Positions 58,710 through 64,000 of a stretch of DNA of 64,000 bases are shown piece after piece. A program made the position numbers and the translations under genes. Source of the stretch: Acidobacteriota bacterium (lineage in GTDB: Bacteria > Acidobacteriota > Terriglobia > Terriglobales > Acidobacteriaceae); NCBI GenBank assembly GCA_003225465.1, contig QIAH01000344.1, positions 144 to 64,143 on the forward strand, given 5' to 3'. Position 1 is the stretch's first letter; every line of letters starts with the position of its first letter. Below the pieces are notes generated by a model. The model was not told where the DNA came from. It was given only the letters and a program-made list of their open reading frames with translations, and made no database searches.

Positions 58710-58996
58710 CTCTCAGGGTATACGAAAAGGCATGGCAGCGAACACCCTCGTTATTGGCGAAGCCCGTAAACCGGCTGGTGGCGTCGAGTGCAGCAGCCCA
58801 TGGTAACGAGGAACCTGCTTCCAAAGCCGCTCCCATCGAAGTCGCCTCAGGCGGTTGTTCAGCTAGATCGAAATCGCGCTCTTCTTCGAGTGCACGGCTT
58901 GGTACGCTCAACACGCCCGACATTGTCAGAGACGCGATTTACCAACAGCTGAGAAATCGGTCTACGGGCCAACATCTCAGCGGGCCGGCGATAGTC

Positions 58997-59800
58997 CTAA
59001 TCCAAGCCAACGCTCTCCTTGTGATGTCGGTGTAGGACGGTCACGCCCGACTGGATCATTGGATCGCCGTGCCGCTTCGATGGTGGGTCCAAGGCCGCAA
59101 CCGCGGACGCATTTGGAGTCACACCTGGAAGATAGAGTCCCGTGTCCCAGAAGTTGCCATTGTTGTCAGTCGTTTCCGAAAGCAGGTTCGTGTACCCATT
59201 GTTCTTGCCGCCCATCAGATAATGGAGCGGGACAACGATAACGATCATTCCAGTGGAAGCTGTGTCGACGTTATTGCCGCAAAGGTAGTACGCGATCGAG
59301 TTGTTACTCATGGGGATGCTGTTGCTGTATCCGTTTCCGCATCCAGAATTAGCCGCCGCAGGGTTAGCGCTCGACCGGAAGAAGTGCGCCGGGCCGATGG
59401 TTATATCCCAGTCCGTGATGTCATAGCTTGCATACTGCGGGCAACTGACGAACAGAGGGTTGCCGTTCGAGTACACGACATTTCCGCTGCGGTCATATTG
59501 ATAGCAGAGGGGATTCCCGTCGTCATCTTCGTCATCTTCGTAGGGCACAACGTTTGGACCTGGTGCGAAAGTGAGTGAACCCGTGATCGGGATTATGTGT
59601 CCGTTCAAGATCTCGATCGAAGTCAAATATCCCGTGCCTTGCTGCGGCACAAATGAGGAGTTGATAACAGTGCAATAGAGACCGTGTAACGGGTCTGTCT
59701 GTCCGGAATGACACCATTGTCCTAACTGTTGTTGAGCGGAGGCCGGAATAACGGCGACAGCTGCGAGAATGACGAACAAAAAAGCGCTCCGAAATCCCAT
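58997..59800 (-). CDS. Secreted protein of unknown function (Cys/Asn/Gly-rich)
   Basis: ATG at 59800 follows GGAGG. The signal peptide is MGFRSAFLFVILAAVAVIPASAQQ. Confidence 0.7.
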   Translation of the reverse strand: MGFRSAFLFVILAAVAVIPASAQQQLGQWCHSGQTDPLHGLYCTVINSSFVPQQGTGYLTSIEILNGHIIPITGSLTFAPGPNVVPYEDDEDDDGNPLCYQYDRSGNVVYSNGNPLFVSCPQYASYDITDWDITIGPAHFFRSSANPAAANSGCGNGYSNSIPMSNNSIAYYLCGNNVDTASTGMIVIVVPLHYLMGGKNNGYTNLLSETTDNNGNFWDTGLYLPGVTPNASAVAALDPPSKRHGDPMIQSGVTVLHRHHKESVGLD

Positions 59801-59927
59801 TGAATTGCCTCCTGTATGGGGGAGCACGTGAGCATCCTCGCACCGGTCCACCCTAGTGTCCATGCCACTTCAGTTAGTCTTTCGTCAGTAACACTCCGCG
59901 ATTACTGAAGTTTTAACCGGGGTGGGC

Positions 59928-60095
59928 CTATTCGTAGCGCAATGCCTCAATCGGATCGAGACGTGACGCCCGTATCGCTGGGATCATGCCGCTGACCAAA
60001 CCGACCAGCGTGAGGATACCGGTAGAAACCAGCACACTAACGGGTAAAATCATGAGTCGAATGTCGCCCATCTCTCCGGTTTGAGCCAGCGCACT
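59928..60095 (-). pseudogene. FtsX/MacB-type ABC permease, C-terminal stub only
   Basis: [40 protein letters not shown] followed by a stop is the canonical last TM helix plus tail. An in-frame stop lies just upstream and there is no gene body. Confidence 0.65.
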
Positions 60096-60145
60096 TTAAA
60101 AGGTAAGTTTTGCTACAGAGAACGAAATAACTTAGGAGAGCACAA

Positions 60146-60226
60146 TGCGGTGACGCTATCAACGGACGCGAGGCAATGCAAAAAGCACTTGCTCTCGAAC
60201 CAGACTTGGTAGTGCTCGATTTTGCT
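60146..60226 (+). pseudogene. Response-regulator receiver fragment
   Basis: Short frame CGDAINGREAMQKALALEPDLVVLDFA. No start and no remainder of the domain. Confidence 0.3.
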
Positions 60227-60743
60227 AGCGACCGGCTAGGGGAGCTGGGCGGTGGCGGCAAGAGCCGCTCGATTCGGAAGCTCATTGGCCCGCTTCCTGG
60301 AGCGATTGAAATTTCGCGCGCCCGATCGATCGAGTCTTCTCAAATTTGACGGCGTTCGGCCGCTTTGGAAGCCAGGTGCGCGCTCGCGCCGGGCGGCTCG
60401 CGCAGGCCGGCTTTGGGCCGGGCGCATCCGATGCCGGCGACGGGCTGACGCAATACCAATTCATCCGCGGCATGCCCCTTCGGCAATGTGATGTCTCCCC
60501 CGAAGTGCTGGAAAAAATCGCCACCTATTGCGCTCTTCGTGCCGGCGCATTTCCGTCTTCCTCACGAGTTACCGACTCGCTCGTGCACATGGCGCGTTTC
60601 AACTGTCGCGAAGAATTCGGAATTGATCCAGGTTGTTGTCATCGAACTTGTCGAACCAATCATCCCAACTGATTTCCTGCAGGGGTAAAGACTCCGACGA
60701 ATGCTCACGTGACTGATTTGGGTGACGCTACGTTTCTTACGAT

Positions 60744-62831
60744 TTAAGGCACAGTGAAAGTTATTGACGTGGTATTGGTGGCGCCGAACTGGTCGGTGAC
60801 GGTGGCGGTTGCCGTATAAGTGCCCGGCGCGGGAAAGGTTTCGAGCGCGGCGGGCGTGGTGAATGTGCTGCCGTCAGAGTATTGCAGCTTGCTGCCGATG
60901 ATGAAGCCGTTCGACGCAGCGGTGCAGCCGAGGACGGTTGTAGGCGAGATGCTTGGCATCACGGTAATGACGATATTAGCCACCGGCCCGATTTCTCCGG
61001 GTTCAGCGTCTACGGTTAGAGACGCGGTGCTGGTGGGATTACCGGAGGCGTCGAGTGACTGTACGGAAATTTGATGGGAGCCGGTGAAGACCTTTACCGC
61101 TGTATTGATAGTGTCGCCATGTGCCGCATAGGCTACGTGACCATCGATTAGAACTTGCATTGCAGAAACCGGAGTTCCGGGATTCGCGGAGGCGATAATC
61201 GGTGTCGGCCAGTTTACCGTTGAGCCGCTGGCCGGGGAGGCGAAAGTGATCCCATTGGACGATGCTTTCGCGGATACTTGCTGTACCGCGACCGACGAAG
61301 CCCCGGCCGAATCGTACACCGTGGCGGTGATCAGATAGGTTCCAACAGCAGTATATGTGTGCGTGGCGGATGCGCCGCTAAGGACGGTGCCGTCGCCGAA
61401 ATCGATCACAGATTTGGCAACGCTGCCTGATGATCCTGATGTGGACGCGGTGTACGTGAGGTCGCCGCTCTGAGACACGTTGAGTGCAACTGCAGGAGGC
61501 TGGTGACCGGGACGGTAAGCGATGGCGGGTGACATTTTGTTCTGAATACTGGGAAGACCGATCGCTTTCACGAACACGAAATAAGTTGTGCTCGCAGACA
61601 GATTCAGTTTGCTCAAATCAGTTGCATGCGTGCCAGCCGGGATGTCAACCAGGGGCGACAGGTTCGTACCATCGGTGCTGATGAAAACCGTAAAGTGATC
61701 GATGGTGTTTTCTTGGCCATTGACACTCCAGTGGATGGTGGTACCTGACTGTGAGGGCACCAGGTAAACGCAGTTGTCGATGCCGGGCTCGATGGCTGTT
61801 CCTTCCTCGTAGTCGTTCCAGGTTGCGATCTGTAGGGCAGGTAACTGATTGCTGCTCGAATAAAATTTTCCTGCTTCGACGAAACTCTCTAACCAGGTTT
61901 GGCCGCAGTTCTGATCAATGACGCGGTTCGTGCCCCATGCGGCGAGTGTGTCATTGAAACCTTTGAAAGCGGTGCCCACTGCGAGGCGTTGAGGCGCCTG
62001 CTGCGCTGCTTGGAAGAAACTGTCCTGAAGATTCAGTTCGGGGTCGAAGGGAGTGGCCTGCTGGATGTTCACCCATGAATAGCCACCATCCGAGGTGGCC
62101 TTGGTGAAACCGTTAGTTCCTCGAAGAAGCACAATCGGATTACCGGGGACGGATGAAAGCACGCGGCTCCAATCAATATAAAAAGCGTCCACATCGAAGA
62201 AGTACACCACCGGGCGGCCATTCACACGTATGTATGCCGGTGAAGATTCATATTGGGACGCAATGTATGTCAAATCGGAGATGAGTTGAGCGGTAACATC
62301 GCATCCGTTGCTCTTCGCCGCAGAGCCCAATGCCCCCTGATCTTCCATGATGGCAAACTGGAATTGACCGGAAGTGGTTTCGGCCTCGTTTCTGAGTAGG
62401 GTGGTGGCGTTTTCGATATTCGTATTGGCGACCCCATACCAGTCGGCGATGGCCCCTGCTATACCGCGGCTGATCATGTCCTGGACCTGTGCGTGGACCT
62501 GTGCTTGAGTATCAGAGACGTAGCCGACGTTCATGTGATTAGGCTGGCCGAACCAACCAAGCCACGTTGCGTAAATTTTTGTGGTCGATCCGCTGTAGAG
62601 CAGAGAACCGATTGGGAGTTTGCTGATGTTGCCGGCAGCGGCGTTGCCGTTTGTTTGCCTCGCAAACGAATTGGGTGCGCTTGTGTTATTACCGGTCTCG
62701 GCTTGGAGAGTGGTGCTTGCCGGTGGAATTGCCCCGATGGGCGTGTGCGCCCCTCCGCAAGCAGCCAGAAAAATTGTCAGACAAAGGGATGAGGCGGCGA
62801 TCAAAACACAGGGGAGGGTTCTACGATTCAC
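60744..62831 (-). CDS. Lipoprotein with an N-terminal glycoside-hydrolase-like domain and C-terminal PKD/Ig-like domains
   Basis: The lipobox is LTIFLAACGG. The PKD motif is IDFGDGTVLSGASATHTYTAVGTYLITATVYDSAGASS. The N-terminal catalytic family was not identified. Confidence 0.85.
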   Translation of the reverse strand: MNRRTLPCVLIAASSLCLTIFLAACGGAHTPIGAIPPASTTLQAETGNNTSAPNSFARQTNGNAAAGNISKLPIGSLLYSGSTTKIYATWLGWFGQPNHMNVGYVSDTQAQVHAQVQDMISRGIAGAIADWYGVANTNIENATTLLRNEAETTSGQFQFAIMEDQGALGSAAKSNGCDVTAQLISDLTYIASQYESSPAYIRVNGRPVVYFFDVDAFYIDWSRVLSSVPGNPIVLLRGTNGFTKATSDGGYSWVNIQQATPFDPELNLQDSFFQAAQQAPQRLAVGTAFKGFNDTLAAWGTNRVIDQNCGQTWLESFVEAGKFYSSSNQLPALQIATWNDYEEGTAIEPGIDNCVYLVPSQSGTTIHWSVNGQENTIDHFTVFISTDGTNLSPLVDIPAGTHATDLSKLNLSASTTYFVFVKAIGLPSIQNKMSPAIAYRPGHQPPAVALNVSQSGDLTYTASTSGSSGSVAKSVIDFGDGTVLSGASATHTYTAVGTYLITATVYDSAGASSVAVQQVSAKASSNGITFASPASGSTVNWPTPIIASANPGTPVSAMQVLIDGHVAYAAHGDTINTAVKVFTGSHQISVQSLDASGNPTSTASLTVDAEPGEIGPVANIVITVMPSISPTTVLGCTAASNGFIIGSKLQYSDGSTFTTPAALETFPAPGTYTATATVTDQFGATNTTSITFTVP

Positions 62832-63021
62832 AGGAAACTACTCCGGCGAAATTGAGCTCAACCAGGACTACTGATTGCGTGGGCAGACCAAAAGGTTGGT
62901 TGGGAGGCTACGACTCTTGCCGAACGGGTACTGCGCAGCTACGGCGTGTAGCAAAATTGGGTTGTACAGAATGGCCTAGGTGTTTGGTCGGTTTAGAAAA
63001 CCGGTGGGCCGTTCCGAGTGC

Positions 63022-63372
63022 TCAAGGCAATATCCGGGAATAGTCCGGCTTCTCGCTCGTTGCCTGAGTGGGTTCCACCGTCACTGACTCAGCTTTCTTT
63101 TTGTCCGACGAGGTTTTGCCCGAATGGACCGCGACCGCCTCTTCCAGTTGAGCCATAAGACTCTGCAGGTTCGCGTCGCGAGCATCCAACATACTGCGTA
63201 TTTCTGCACTTACCTTCATTGCGCGCTGATACGCATCCCGAGCCTCGGTCAGGATGGGCATGTGTGCCAACAATTCCGCGGCCTGTTTTGAAAACTCGTC
63301 GACAGCTTCGTTGTAGGTGGCCATACTCCCAGGAAGGCGCTGTCCAGCCACTTCATTTTCTTTCTTCCACAT
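63022..63372 (-). CDS. Hypothetical coiled-coil protein (116 aa)
   Basis: ATG ORF 16 nt downstream of the Sel1 gene on the same strand. Helical, charged composition. Confidence 0.5.
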   Translation of the reverse strand: MWKKENEVAGQRLPGSMATYNEAVDEFSKQAAELLAHMPILTEARDAYQRAMKVSAEIRSMLDARDANLQSLMAQLEEAVAVHSGKTSSDKKKAESVTVEPTQATSEKPDYSRILP

Positions 63373-63387
63373 TTCTTCCTCGCTATC

Positions 63388-64000
63388 TTACTTGTCTGAT
63401 ACATGCGGCATGGCAGTTCTCTGAGAACTGGCCGGTATGTCAGCCTTAGAGCTGTGGCGCTCCCACCAAATGGATATCCGCCGATGGGCATCCGCGATCT
63501 CGCCGGCTGTCATTCGCGATCCTATGAGCCTCAATCGATCATTGTCGTTTTCTCGCAATCCGGCAGAAATAGCGGACCAAGTATATGCACGTACGTAGTC
63601 TCTTGGAATTCCTCGACCGCTCAAGTAAGCATCACTGAGAGCACTCTGGGCTCGGACATCGCCTTGGTTTGCAGCTCGTTTGAACCATACCACTGCCTTG
63701 CGCTCATCATGTGGCACTCCGATTCCTTTCATATAGCCAAGCCCGAGCTTCCACTGCGCTTTGTCATTACCGTTTTCTGCCGCTTTCGCGAACCATGCCA
63801 TTGCGTCTAGGTAGTTCTGCGACACGCCTTCGCCGTCAGCATATTGCAGGCCCATTTCGTATTGAGCAATGGAATCACCCGCGTTGGCTCGATTGAGTGT
63901 GCGATTCACATCCGTGCCCTGAATTGGTTCCTGGATTGCGAGAATCGTCTCTCGCCTGGTTGCCGTTAGTACATTGTCCAGGACCTTCGATTGCTCATCG
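63388..64000 (-). CDS. Sel1-repeat (TPR-like) protein, 5' end beyond the window
   Basis: Repeats include AQYEMGLQYADGEGVSQNYLDAMAWFAKAAENGNDKAQWKLGLGYMKGIGVPHDERKAVVWFKRAANQGDVRAQ. The frame stays open to position 64000. Confidence 0.8.
   Translation of the reverse strand, partial: DEQSKVLDNVLTATRRETILAIQEPIQGTDVNRTLNRANAGDSIAQYEMGLQYADGEGVSQNYLDAMAWFAKAAENGNDKAQWKLGLGYMKGIGVPHDERKAVVWFKRAANQGDVRAQSALSDAYLSGRGIPRDYVRAYTWSAISAGLRENDNDRLRLIGSRMTAGEIADAHRRISIWWERHSSKADIPASSQRTAMPHVSDK

Noticed and set aside
60590-60690. Minus-strand fragment SLPLQEISWDDWFDKFDDNNLDQF resembling a small conserved protein
   Set aside because: It has no start codon, the frame is closed by a stop upstream and breaks after ~30 aa, and I am not sure of the family identity. 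It is mentioned only as part of the debris field.
1-64000. Possibility that all frameshifts are sequencing or assembly errors rather than pseudogenes
   Set aside because: This is not fully rejected. However, ten long ORFs in 28.8-46.9 kb and several ORFs over 2 kb elsewhere are uninterrupted. Many lesions are truncations, in-frame stops or rearrangements rather than homopolymer indels. Read-level verification is still required, especially for the C4-run frameshift at 24623-24626.

Overview
Moderately GC-rich bacterial chromosomal segment. The gene content suggests Acidobacteriota, by inference only: CarboxypepD_reg-type TonB-dependent receptors without SusD partners, a FecR/DUF6600-like protein, orphan Flp pilins, an M61 peptidase, and remnants of an FtsX/MacB-type permease and of TPR-kinase tails. 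Layout follows. (1) 1-13 kb: a Phd/VapC toxin-antitoxin pair, a small-protein + HNH nuclease cassette, a SEC-C motif protein, a secreted amidase, and a FecR-like protein ending in 7 x 114-bp proline-rich tandem repeats. Degraded genes (a TPR fragment and an Nramp remnant) are interspersed. (2) 13-28.6 kb: an accessory region bracketed by a ~530-bp direct repeat. The repeat holds an intact cNMP-binding gene at 13.2-13.6 kb and a degraded copy at 27.5-28.0 kb. This region has a very high density of frameshifted or truncated genes: IS110 remnant, quinone oxidoreductase, rearranged cNMP membrane protein, hybrid histidine kinase, Crp/Fnr remnant, TonB-C protein and Flp pilin. Intact genes sit among them: two large secreted unknowns, a TlpA-like thioredoxin and a 2OG-Fe dioxygenase. 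(3) 28.8-46.9 kb: an intact nutrient-acquisition locus centred on a GntR regulator. It contains two TonB-dependent receptors, an M61 aminopeptidase, an FAD/BBE oxidase, two class-V PLP enzymes, an APC permease, an amidohydrolase and an MBL hydrolase. (4) 46.9-50.8 kb: a gene-poor gap carrying three CRP/FNR-type palindromes, then a PAS protein and a PAS-GGDEF-EAL enzyme. (5) 51.4-60.7 kb: a mobile-element graveyard. It holds a C25 peptidase truncated by a serine-recombinase fragment, an IS5 fragment, a DUF3631-like two-gene operon, a dual-specificity phosphatase, an intact 58-aa Flp pilin missing from the ORF track, and several gene stubs. (6) 60.7-64 kb: a PKD-domain lipoprotein, a coiled-coil protein and a Sel1-repeat protein that runs off the window. 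No rRNA, tRNA or CRISPR array was seen. The strongest non-obvious signals are the recurrent exact TGTGA-N6-TCACA boxes in intergenic DNA, the repeated and decaying cNMP / Flp / small-protein modules, and the recently expanded 114-bp repeat. I found no clearly novel multi-gene system. The candidates are listed with modest interest scores. All family names come from motif recognition by eye and need HMM or BLAST confirmation.
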